Shown: positions 1-28,295 of the stretch, in pieces | How positions within the stretch are numbered: the stretch's first letter is position 1 | Layout of the letters: every line of letters starts with the position of its first letter | Assembly (NCBI GenBank): GCA_900617105.1 | Contig: UYFQ01000375.1 | Location: 1-47,663 of the forward strand | Length of the DNA stretch: 47,663 bases | Reading direction: 5' to 3' | Source: Hydrurus foetidus | Taxonomy: Eukaryota | Translations under genes and position numbers: made by a program | The notes under the pieces: model-generated | Database searches by the model: none | What the model was told of the DNA's origin: nothing | The model's input: only the letters and a program-made list of their open reading frames with translations

Positions 1-165
1 ATCATATCACATCATATCATATCATATCATATCATATCATATCATATCACACCACATCATATCATATCATATCATATCATATCATATCATATCATAACAT
101 ATCATATCACACCATATCATATCATATCACATCATATCATATGATATGATATCATATCATATCAT
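1..165. repeat. (ATCAT)n pentanucleotide microsatellite, intronic
   Basis: Direct reading of ATCAT tandem units with occasional ATCAC variants. Confidence 0.95.
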
Positions 166-343
166 TTTTTCGCATATCTGGTCATCTATTCATCTTCTTT
201 ACTTATTTTCTTCTTCCTCCTTCTCTTTTCCCCCCCCTTTTTATCCTGTCCCCTCTCTCACTACTCCCCCTCGCTTTCACTGTTAACCCTCCCCCCTCCT
301 ATTTTTATTCGCCACACACACTCCGTTCTATACATCCATAGAT

Positions 344-16057
<15,714 letters not shown>

Positions 16058-17413
16058 AATACCATCGTCAACACAAGAAGTGAACGATGACGTCATCATA
16101 TTTTCTATTTTCGTGCTCGAAAGTGACCGCTGAGAACTACGTTTTTCACGCTATATTCGTGAAATAAATTCCGTAATATCTTTAAATTGCTGTTTTGTTA
16201 AAAATTCAACAATAGATGAGTGACATTTTATCTGAATGACTGATGCCACATCTACATTCTTTACTTTTCTATCGTCTTCGTCCCACGAAATGATTTTGAA
16301 TATTTTTCATGCACTCCATCTATTCATAGTCTGGTAAAGTTCCAACTATTACGATTTTTTTACACTCTATTTTTTGGAACAAAAGAGATTTTATTTTGCA
16401 CTAAAAAAAATGATTAAAAATGAAATATTTGTCTTTTTACATCCATTTATTTCATCTCCAATTATGTAAGTGTTTTTCACTGTGTTATTACAGATATTTT
16501 ATTCTTTTTTGTGAGTTACAATTTAATTTCAACTCCTAACTGATCAAACTTATTTCTGTATTGAATTTCTTCACAGTGTATCCTAAATAAAATTCTAAGC
16601 AAAACCTTCCTTCAAGTTAAGTGAAAGTTTTATTTGGTACGAAAGTGTGACTACCTCGCCATCATGTCATGTGCATTTTCATTACCTCTTGCAAGGTATT
16701 TGTCATTGATATCGTGTTGTATTGATTATTGCGTCATTTATTTCTACTAAGTAGAAACTAATAAATCGGCATTTTGACGAAGACTGTAAACTTGTATTTT
16801 GTATCCTGTGTTTTGTAATCTGTATTTTGTATTCTGTGTGTTTTTGTGAGCGTTTAATTGCTCTGCAGTAAGAGTCTTTTTGTAATTCAATGTGCCATTT
16901 CAAAAAACAAGGCAACTTTTAATTCAGTTTTTTTTTTTCTCTGAAAATGAATCTAATATCGATCGAGATTACGTAAAGAATATTAGGTGGAGAAGTTACA
17001 TTAGATGAGAATGAATCATGAACCTTCAAGTTTCAGAACTTTAGATGCCACACTATAATCACAGAAATTCAACTGTAATGGAGGAGGTAGCACATGTCAA
17101 AAGAAGGGACTGCGAGTTGCATTTTAAAAATAAAAAAGAAGTATCAGAAATGAACGGTCAAATTGTAAATGACCAGAATTTGGTGAACAACGGCCGAGGC
17201 TTCCGGTAAAGTTGTTGAGATTTACTCACCATTTATATCCATAACATATCACAGCATATGAACTGCAGACAATCTCATCAATTCCGTGGTTCAGTGGTCT
17301 GAGAGTAAGTGCCTACCACTTTTGTAGTAGCTTTGTCTGCATTTTGCGCTGTGCGGTCCTGAGCTATCAGCACTGCTAGAGTTGTGAAGACGTCTTGTAT
17401 CACTTTGGGTGTT

Positions 17414-20400
17414 ATGCTGTGTCAGAAACTTTCTTCAGTGCAATTACTCGTGATTAGTTGCCTCTTTGTGAAATCATACAGCTTAATCATGCAAAGTAGA
17501 AGCATGCTAGGGTCGTGTAGGCTCCCCATGAGAAAATTGGCGAATTGTAGAGTGAGCTTTCGTGGGATCAAAACGAGTCGCATTAAAGCGCTGCGTTCTT
17601 TACTGGAAAACGAACATGATAAATATGGCGAAAGTTACACTCGGAGACCAACGATGCCAATTTTTACGCATTCAGACCTGCCAGAGGAGACATTGTACAT
17701 TATGGATGGGACATCAATGATTTTTAACGCCTATTATAGGTTCGTAGAATCACAGCAGATTCTTATGAAAAGAATCAGAACAATTCATGAAATCTTTTGA
17801 TTGAGCAGATTAAAACCTTTCTGATTTCTGTAAACGATTATTGCCGATGTTCTGACAGTCGAGAACATCAGAGTGATTGGCAAGATGCGTTTCTTAAGCC
17901 AGAGCTGTCAGCTGACATAGTCAAAAATGGGGATCTTGACGAAACAGATCCCGAACTAATGATGCTATCTCCTGAGGGCGATAATGTTTTGAGCTGTGGA
18001 GCACTGACAGCAATGCTCATGACATTCGCTCGATTTATACGGTACTGATCTTAAGAATAGTGAATGCTAATCATGTCAGATAGTGTTAAAGTGCATTCTT
18101 TTTTTACAGTAACCTTCGCTGTGAGCATTGTGACATGAATTTAGTAGCTGTCTCTAGGCGTGTTTTACATTTCATCAAATTCGTAGTGTTCTATACACAC
18201 TTTCCTCGCCCCTTTGACCTTTTTGTTCCTTGACCTTCACTTATCTTAATTCTACTACCTTACTTCTTCCTCTTTCCTCTTTCCTCTTTCCTTTTTTCTC
18301 CTTCATCCTTCTCTGTTCTCTTTTACACTACCTATCTTTTCTCACCATTCCATGCTATTTTTATTTTATTTGCAGAGACGTAAAGCCGAAGTACTTAGCC
18401 GTCGCTTTCGATCATCAGAAACGAACTTTTAGAAACGATTTATATCCTCTATATAAACAGCATAGATCGAAGGTAACTGTTACATTCTGTATTCCGTATT
18501 TTGTATTCCGCATTCTGTATTCCGCATTCTGTACTTCATGTTTGTAATTCTGGTCTGTATTCTTGAGGAACATCTTTATTTTCATTTATTATTAACACTA
18601 ACACTTTCCTACTGTTTATTTATTCATCGTCAATAACACTAATGTTTATTTTTCTCCTCTATTATTGTCCACCACAGACACCCTCTAACCTCCAGCCCCA
18701 AATAAAAATAGCATTACCACTTTTAGAAGTGCTGGGATGTAGGTGCTACTCTCAGATTGGGTATGAGGCAGATGACGTCATGGCGACACTTTCGAAATGG
18801 GCCAGACAAAGGTGCGCTATTCTCGAAGTCACTACTAAACAGCAATTCCATTTTTATCCATAAAAATGACCGCTGAGAACAACGATTCTCACTCTATATT
18901 CGTCAACATGCTTTGAGAAAATCCTGAAAAGTGCTGCATTGTTTTGAATTCGACAATACTTAGTTAGGAAAAAAACACATAAAGTTGTAATACATAAATA
19001 TAATGATGACCTGAATAGAATCATTGAGGAGGACACGGTAACATAATTCTTCGAATGACTTTTCTGAATAGATAGGATATTTTCAATGGCAAACTCTCCC
19101 CTACTCTTGTTTTATTTGTTTTTGCGGAAGGTGTATTATTTTTTTGATGTGATGTGATGTGATGTGATGTGATGTGATGTGATGTGATGTGATGTGATGT
19201 GATGTGATGTGATGTGATGTGATGTGATTTGATGTGATTTGATGTGATTTGATTTGATTTGATTTGATGTGATTTGATTTGATTTGATTTGATGTGATGT
19301 GATGTGATTTGATTTGATTTGACTTTGATTTGATTTGATTTGATTTGATGTGATTTGATTTGATTTGATTTGATCTGGATTTGATTTGATTTGATGTGAT
19401 TTGATTTGATTTGTGATTTGATTTGATGTTTTGATTCGACTTGATGTATTTGATTATTTGATTGGATATTTGAGCAAAATTAATCGTTTTCTACTTAACA
19501 CAAATAGCTTACCTGAAGTAAACATGGTTTCTATTGCCTAAAATTGGTTTGTTTATTTGAATTTAATTTGATTACGCTTTGATGACAATTTTTTTTATTA
19601 TTAATTTCGTAATAGGGGATTAATTCACGTGGTACACGTGTCGGTTGACAAGGACATGATGCAACTTGAGTGGATGTGGATGTGATTTGCATGATAAGTG
19701 ACTGCATTATTGTACGTTATGTCTGTAGTGATTAAATTTGATTTGATTTGATTTGATTTGACTTGATCTGATTTGATGTGATTTGATTTGACTTGATTGT
19801 TGAGATTTGATTTGATTTGCATCAATGTGATTTGATTTGATTTGAAATTTGAAAATATGTGATTTTTTTAGTTGATTTGATTTGACTTGATGTGATTTGA
19901 TGTGATTTGATTTGATTTGATTTGATTTGATTTGATGTGATTTGATGTGATGTGATGTGATGTGATGTAATTTGATGTGATGTGACTTTATTTGATTTGA
20001 TTTGATTTGATTTGATTTGACTTCATTTGATTGGATTTCATTTCATTTCATTGGATAAGATTGACGCAAAATTACTTGTTTTCTACTTACACAAATAGCT
20101 TACCTGAAGTAAACACGGTTTCTGCCTAAAATTGGTGTATTTGAAGTAATTTTATTACGCTTTGATGACAATTTTTTTATCATTAATTTTGAAATAGGGG
20201 ATTAAACGTGGTACACGTGTCGGTTGACAAGGACATGATGCAACTAGTGGATGTGGGCGTGCATGTAAGTACTGCACTATCCGTACGTTATGCCTAGTAC
20301 TAAAAGTGCATTTATCTGATTTGAAAATATTGTAGTTTTCAGCATCAAAATTTGCGAATATAACGTTTTTTTTAGTTTTTCAGATGTCGTATTGTACTGT

Positions 20401-22023
20401 AGTATATGCACATGATACCATGTCACATCAAAAGAGATTGTATCGTGTTTAACCATATCATATCGTATTGATGAATTAAGTAAGGCGAAGCGCTATTCCT
20501 TTTAAAGGTTAAGAAACAATCTAGCCGTTTTGATTGCATTTCTGATAGATATGAACGATTCCAAGGTGGAAATGGTGATTTCAACAGTGCTCAAACCTCT
20601 TTTCGTTCTTTGTTTTTGACACTTTATTCTGTGCTGGTAATATTGATGATTAGTGATACGATTTGTCATGATGTGCTTTCACGCGATGCGTCAATGAACG
20701 GTGATCACTTCGCAACCAACAAACACATTAAAACAGTTCAAGTCAATACAAAACTAATACAAACAATTTCTGTACATCTAACAGGTCATGAATCCAAGAG
20801 ACAAAAAAATATTTGGTACTCCTGAAGTTTTAGAAAAGTTTGGCGTTCCTCCTGAGGCACTTTGCGATCTCCAGGCTCTGACAGGAGACGTCGCGGTAAG
20901 TGAGAGTGTGCGTGAGTTAGAGATAGACAGAGGGAGAGAGAGCTAGAGGGAGAGAGAGAGAAAGACAGAGAGAGAGGGAGAGAGAGAAGAAGAGAGAGAG
21001 AGAGAGAGAGTACGACTGTGCATGTGTTTGTGTGAGTGTTTGTGTGAGTGTGTCTAATAGATATTGTTGATCTCTTTTCGATTTGGACTGAACTGTTCTA
21101 ATACATCATATGCCACCACCTCTCACCAAAATCATTCCAAATACGTCAAATACAATATACCAATTAATGGAGGAATTTTCGTATCCCAGGATAATATTCC
21201 AGGCGTGAAAGGTATCGGACCCAAAACAGCGAGTGCACTACTAAACCACTTTAAAAGTCTGGACAATTTATATAAAAAGATAGATAAGTGTCCCGTTCCA
21301 ATCCCTACCCTTGAAATCGAAACACTACCTTCCTCTACCTCTTCTTCCACCTCCTCTGATTCTGAAGAACCTGAAAAAGTAAAGCCGAAAAGAACAAAAA
21401 AAGCGAAGATACTGGTCGAAGGTGAAAGTGAAAATGAAATCAAGAAAGAAGTTGATCCGGAAACGGCAATGCTTGCCGAGTTGGAAATATGTCTGACTGG
21501 GGTCAGAGCGAGTGCAGTAACAACTCTAAAAAAACTACGTACATGCACACACACGGAAATGATGCTATTTCAAGAATTAGTAACACTGCGTGATGATGTA
21601 CATATCCTCGATTTGCATGGACCTTTATTGGAGAGTAATAAAAGCGGAAAAGAAATTATAGATAACATGATGTCAGAAACGAAAAAAAAGAAAAGTAAAA
21701 ATGATTTACAAATAGAAAATTCAAATAGAATAAATGACAGCAATAATTTTGAAAAATCTATTTCCGCTGAAAATGATATAACAGTAAATGACAAAATAGA
21801 AGAAGCCCCTACTAAATTATTTCCAGAAATAGCGGCAAGAAAATTCCAGAATTCAGATCCAGGATTTTCTACTATAAACTCTTCTCATTTTTTGTATGTC
21901 GGGGAAAGAGATGGAGCGGAGGAAGTGCTAGTTGGAATGAGTGAATCTTTTTTCGTGCCTCTAAGTTTGCTTAGACAGCAATATCATAAATTAGGAAGGT
22001 CGTTGGGAGGTGATTTAAAATAG
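17414..22023 (+). CDS. Stand-alone DNA polymerase I-type 5'-3' exonuclease / flap endonuclease (PIN-like + H3TH), probably organelle-targeted; 7 exons
   Basis: Exons 17414-17739, 17859-18041, 18376-18472, 18678-18811, 20198-20264, 20785-20895 and 21190-22023 splice in frame at GT-AG. Motifs LYIMDGTSMIFNAYY, YLAVAFD..RTFRNDLYPLYKQHR, GYEADDVMATL, VSVDKDMMQLV and LTGDVADNIPGVKGIGPKTA match the bacterial PolI N-terminal nuclease family. No polymerase domain follows. Confidence 0.92.
19145..20050. repeat. (TGATG)n/(TGATT)n microsatellite blocks flanking a degenerate exon duplicate
   Basis: Blocks at ~19145-19450 and ~19735-20050. Confidence 0.9.
19455..19730 (+). pseudogene. Degenerate duplicate of exonuclease exon 5 with its flanking intron sequence
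   Basis: Matches ~20050-20300 (CAAATAGCTTACCTGAAGTAAACA...AATAGGGGATTAA...GTGGTACACGTGTCGGTTGACAAGGACATGATGCAACT) but has multiple indels and a broken donor (GATAAGT instead of GTAAGT). Confidence 0.8.
20920..21010. repeat. (GA)n microsatellite
   Basis: Direct reading. Confidence 0.9.
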
Positions 22024-23189
22024 GTGAAGAGGGAAAACTGAGAGGAAGCGAAGAAAATACTGAAGAGTGTAGAGAAATAGAAAAAGAAAAAGAAAAGAAA
22101 AGAAAAAGAAAAAGAAAGAGGTAGAAAAAGAAGAATGAAGTAAGAAAGGGAAGGTTGGAATAAGATTGATGACGAAAAATTAAGAAGCATGAAGGGGAGT
22201 GACACAGGAGGCAATGAGAAAAAAGAATGAAAAGAAAGAGAAAAGAAAATCGGAGCTAATCTGTTGGACAATTTCAAGTATTTCTCTTTCTTAAATTCTG
22301 ACTTTTCTTTCTGATTTCCATTCGATCTGTTCTGATCTTATTATTCATCGCTCTTTTCAAACATTTAAATTCTTACTCTCTGAGAATCACGCATCTGCTT
22401 ATGACAGATTTTTGTCAATGTATCAGTATCATTATCAGTACCAATAATTCAACTCAAGACCACACACATTTTTTATTCAACATGATTTTTTAAAGTCATC
22501 AACATTTCAAGCAATTTTCTTTAAATGAAATGAGATGATTCACAGCTTCGGACATAAATTCAACCGCACACAGCATTATTTCCAGAAACAATCGATATCG
22601 AGTATAAAGCGGGACAAATGCGCGGAAAAATTGAATTAACTCTGAACACAACTTCGACCAACTCACATCATTACTATTGCATTGGCCGAAAAACGCCGAA
22701 AATATTGATTAAAATCACCCTTTTCAAAAGATACTTAACAGCAGCTCCATCAAAAGGTCTTGCCTCCATCGACCGAGAAAGGTCGGTCGAAAACGTCCCT
22801 CCGGCCAATTGTGACCGTTGGCCGTAGGGAATCCAAAAATTTCTCACAGAAAATTCTGGCGAACATTTCGCAACATCCGACATCGACGAAATGTCGACGG
22901 ATTATTGATTATTGCATCATGTAACTGGAAACTGGACATCTTCAATAACTTGAAATTGCGGCTAGATCAATTTTATCGTGCCAGCGTTTCGAAATCTCGC
23001 TCTGTCAAATTTCCTTTCCCTGATAATCAGAAATTTCATATTTGTGGAAGTTATTTCGACACGGAGTCCCAAAACTTGTTGTTCTTGAAACGCTTGCCAC
23101 TATCAGCTGACTTTCCGTAGCGATCGAGGTTTCTGCTTCAGAAAGATCAGAATTTTTGCTGCTGATTATCAGTGAGGGATTGGATTATC

Positions 23190-26100
23190 ATGTCAGAAGT
23201 CGCTATTGATCAGGTGAATGAAAGTTGCACATCAGATCAAAATTTCATGTCAGAAATTACTCATCCTCACATATCCGTTGAAATTGCTCGCCAATCGTAG
23301 GAGAAAATACTGGAGCGACACCTACTAAAATTGACTGATTTCGGGGACTCTGATGTGCGACAGGAGTGCATCGTGCAAATCGATGTCGGAGAGATTTTCT
23401 CGTGGATTGTGAAGTTTAGGAAGTCTGGTATAATTGTTAATAACAGGTAATTTTACGACAACAACTTTTCGACATCACTATGTGCTGTAATTGCCTCCAT
23501 GACTGTCTCCTCGCAATCTTTGCCAAATAGATATTATTTAGATCAGCGTAGTGACACCCTACACTTCACACAAAGAATACAATTTCTTCCTCGAAAGTGC
23601 AGCAGATATCAATTATTGACAACTTTCTCAAATGATTTTTTATGCGATCGAATGTTTCGAATATTGTAGCATGGAATCACAACTGCAATCTTATCAACCC
23701 TACACCCTATCTTACTTCTCTTCTCTCTCGTTTTCCCTTCTATCTCCTTTTCCTTGAAGTACTTGACATATTTTGTTCCGAACATATGAACTCCATTTTT
23801 GTTTTCCAATATTCCAAACACGTGACATCACGCTTTTTCTCCTTATTTTCTTTTTTCGAACTGCTCTTGTACTTCTTAAAACCTAAAAATGTTCGTACGT
23901 ACGCCACGATACCAATTCATATCACAAATGACACGTAGTAACAACTATTTATAATTAATTCACTAACAATTCTATACAATTACAGGGATATGATTTGCTC
24001 TTCTTTCATAGATTTAGATGCTACAATATCATTCAAAACGATCAGAGATTTTTTTGGTGCAACAGCGCCATCTGGAAAATGTGACGTCATAAAAACAGAA
24101 TCAGAATTCGTGTATAAGTACATGGGAGATGAGAATGTTCTGCAGTACGTGTGGGCAAAATTATTAGGAATAGGAATGTCGAGTCATGTAATGTCCCATT
24201 TATGCATGAAAAGTATACATGACGAAAGCAGCAGCAAAAATAGTAATAATGCATTGAACTCGAGACATAATACCCCTAGACTGGAGACAAGGGGCAGTAG
24301 TAGCAGTCATCTAAATAGGTGCGCCATTCACACGAGAATCTTGATAGATTAGGTTTTTTTGAATTGTTCATTATATTTATATATTCTAAACTGTCTGATA
24401 ATTCTCTTCTCCGTTCGCCACATGACTCCATACCGTACATTTCAATACCATCTTTTCTCCTTTCTGTTATAACTTCTTTTCCCCACTCTGTCTTGTCTAC
24501 TGTCTTTACGTGATCTCTCTAAATCTAATTGTACCACAGTATCATACACAGTACCCTACTGTGATGGAGTAAACTTAATCTTATCTCCTGTCAGCATCCC
24601 TCTTTTCTCCCTCTTTCTACTTCTGCTCCCTCTCTTCGATTCTTTCATCCCACCCGCCCACATACACACGCTCTCTTAATCTCGCACACACTCTCGCTCT
24701 TTTACTCTCCCTCTCTCTGTCATGCACACACTCTCCCTCTCCCTCTCCCTCTACCTCTCCCTTCCCCCACACGTACATACGCACTTATATTCAGTTCCAG
24801 TGGATATAGCAGCGGTGAGGCGCAATATCAACAATCTCCGAAGGTCCTGAAATGTGGGACTTTGTGGAAGAAAAAAGATATTTTGACCGGTTGGCAAAGT
24901 AGATTTTTCGTTTTACAGCTTGGAAGACTCTCGTACTATATTGATGAAACAGCTTACAAAGCAGGTACGTGTGTGAGTGTGAGTGTTAGTGTGAGTGTGA
25001 GTGTGAGTGTGAGAGTGAGTGTGAGTGTGAGTGTGAGTGTGAGTGTGAGTGTGAGTGTGAGTGTGAGTGTGAGTGTGAGTGTGAGTGTGAGTGTGAGTGT
25101 GGGTGTGAGTGAGTGTGAGTGAGTGTGAGTGTGAGTGTGAGTGCGAGTGTGAGTGTTAGTGTGAGTGACTGTGAGTGACTGTGAGTGTGAGTGAGTGAGT
25201 GAGTGTGAGTGTGAGTGTGAGAGTGAGTGTGAGTGTGAGTGAGTGAGTGAGTGTGAGTGTGAGTGTGTAAGTATGTACATGCGTTTGCAAGTATTGCATT
25301 ATTTGTATATGTTGATCTTTTTTTTTCTCTCGACAATTTAATCTGCAACACAATAATACTGTCTGGCAAAATTTGACTCGAGTATTTCCGTTATTCACGC
25401 AGTCTTATTATTGATTTTATAACTTCAATAACTACCCAAAATGACGTGCACGTGCCACATCGCACACTAAATGTCATAAGCTTTTTCTATTTAATCCTAA
25501 GGTATATCAAGAAATTGATGTTGCACTTCATCTACATTTATTGAATTGCTATATTGTACAATAAAAATTTTCGACAGTATTAAGAGTATAATATTTTATT
25601 TGATGCGAAATCATAATATTAGATGCAAACCCAAGAGGAATTCTTCTTTTATCTGGAGCGGATATCTCGCCTGTCAAGCTGTGTGTGGTGAACGGAACGG
25701 ACAGACATGCAATCGCGTACGTACATTGACAACTTTTTTCTCACTAAATCTACTATTTCATTTTTATTTTTTTGACTTCATATATGTGCCATTTTTCTTC
25801 ACGACAATCTATCTTCAGTGACATTTAGACATTTAAACTTTGCTTGTAGGATGCGTGTCATTACTTACTGTCCTACTATTACCTAATTAATAACATCAAT
25901 AAATATAATCAATTAGTGTAATCAATTAATGCCACACTATATCTATTTAGTGTGGAACCAAAGCTGAAAGGAAAATCGATCAAATTGTGTTCTGAATTAA
26001 ATGGCGCACAAGGAAAAGATGAAATAATGGCGTGGGAAGCGGTGAGCCTATAATACTAATTGCAATTATTATAATACTAATTGCAATCATTATAATACTA

Positions 26101-27217
26101 ATTGCAATTACTATAATACTAATTGCAATCATTATAATACTAATTGCAATTGTATCTCTGAGTTTTATTCAATACTTTACACCCTGAACCCTTACCCCTC
26201 TCCCGACTTTACACGATTGAGTGATTTTGCAAACCCAATTTCGCACACTTTTCGCACGACTACTTGTCTTTCGTGCATTCAAATTCAAATTCACTGTTAC
26301 TGCACGCTGCTCAATCTGTGTGGTACGGAAATGAGTGAAAACAGTTTGCGAGAACATTCTACTGAGAACGAGAATATCGTAGACCGTTATCCGGATAATA
26401 ATCCTGAGACGCTATCCGGATATTACATAATAGGGGAAAAACTTGACATACAGAGATGTATTATATAATTAATTTGATGTGAAAAATCAATTTATTTTCA
26501 AATGTAATTTAATGCGAACCCACGCTCTTTCTTATCGACTTTGTACTCTGTTTGCAGTCACATGTTACGCGTGCAGATCCACATCATTTTCTGTAGCATT
26601 TTTTGCCATCTCATGAAAGATATTAAAACTTAACGTGCACACATACTTTTACAAACATTCAAAATAATTCTAATCATTCATTGAAATTAATATTTTTTCA
26701 TCAGGAATTCCAAAAAGCGGCTCACAATTCTCGAAATTCTATACGGAGTTCAGTAGGGAACTTTGGGTCAAATTCCACACTAAGCCAACTTCAACTTCCA
26801 ATTACCAGTCCAAAGTATGCGAGTAACAATAATAACAATAATGGAAATTATAGTCAAACTAATTCATCTTTTAGTACGCCATTTGAATCCCAGGCAAATA
26901 GTGTATCAAAATCATTTCAAAAAAATAGAAAGAATAATAATCAAGTGTTAAGAAATAACGGAAACAAAAATTCAGATCACCATGTCTGGGAAGAAATGAA
27001 AACTAGCAATGCTAAACAACGATTTCCAGGCGATATCGAAGACAAAGAAAATGAAGATGAAATAAACATAAAAAAAAATGGTCACGAAAGAATCAATTAT
27101 CTGTATTTCGGCTGTGCATTTTTTTGCTGCTTAATCGGATTAATTACGAACGGTTGGTTAGGTGCGGTGTGGAGTGCAGCACTGATTTTTTCTGTGTACC
27201 AAATTCTGCCGCCGTGA
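23190..27217 (+). CDS. PH-domain protein with C-terminal hydrophobic (transmembrane) tail; multi-exon
   Basis: Exons ~23301-23446, 23986-24318, 24795-24964, 25623-25716, 25951-26041 and 26705-27217 give [30 protein letters not shown]...ANPRGILLL...EIMAWEAEFQKA, a typical PH beta1-3 pattern plus the Trp helix. The protein ends in [39 protein letters not shown]. The start (ATG 23190) is uncertain because it needs a 1-nt fix in an A-run at ~23304. Confidence 0.75.
24970..25268. repeat. (GTGAGT)n microsatellite, intronic
   Basis: Direct reading, begins right after the GT donor at 24965. Confidence 0.93.
26049..26152. repeat. 21-bp minisatellite x5 with palindromic core
   Basis: TATAATACTAATTGCAAT(T/C)AT tandem. 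The core TAATTGCAATTA is self-complementary. Confidence 0.88.
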
Positions 27218-28295
27218 TAAATGGAAGTCTTTTTGTCCGTCCCCCTCTCCTTTTTTCTCCTTGTCTTCTTCCTTTTTTTTCTTTCTTTTTTTTCTACTTT
27301 TTCTTCTGACTGGCGATTCTGGTGATTGCATCGCATCGGATAAAATCGGAACAGTTCAATGAGAACGTCCCGTACGTGCTGTACCGTACGTACAAGATGA
27401 CAATTGCGCATCGAATTGTCAAGTTGAGGGAAAAGGAAGGATTGAGAGGCTCAAAAGACAGAGTAAACTAAATACTACGCCACTGTTTGCAAGAGGAAAT
27501 CTGAATAACGACTCCGAAATGAAATACTTTTCTTTCCTTCCCTACTCCCCATTCCCTGACTCAATTGTAATCTTGCTAATTGTAGGGATATTACAACCAC
27601 TTTAATACGTTAGCGACATTAGCCCTATTTTAACACAATTTTGACACATCGACGAAACGCCACTACTCATCGCACACATTTCGAGTTTCTTCACCAATCA
27701 AATACGCTTGTTGATATTTATTTTTTCTCTAATGAATTATCTTTTCGACACATATCCTATTTCATTTCAATACCTTCCTATTTCATCATTCCTTACATGC
27801 TCACGCACTCATCTACTCCGCTTCCTAGACTATGGCTCTACGTAACTTATACGAAACTTTTCGAGTCACTAATTGCATCATTTGTATCAATTAAAGTAAC
27901 ATCGCATGATAAAAATGTTAATAATGGTGATAGTTTTACATTTTGAACTTAACGTTGTGTTACAAATACCAAAAACAAGAGAAATATCTTACTGATTTTG
28001 ACCATGAAAAAAAGAAAGAAGAGTGTGTGGGAAGAAACGTCAATTTCAGGTAGATAGAAGTGAAAAGACGAAAAAGATGGAGAAGTATCCGTGGGTACAC
28101 ATCTTTCTTTGATGCCCCCATATGCGCCATTCTTCTACTCATAGACTCCAAGCAGTTTGGAGCTGTACGTGCTGTACAGTGAGCTGTCGAACGGACACAA
28201 TTCCTTTTCCGAAGAAGCTCAACCGCACCAAGAGTACTTCGAGGCCAAGTTCCACCAGAAACCGCACAGGAAACCGAGTAATTTCTGGCCAGAAA

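Noticed and set aside
22550..23120. Short imperfect palindromes and small ORFs in the intergenic region (possible MITE)
   Set aside because: No clear terminal inverted repeats or TSD. Probably the promoter region of the PH gene.
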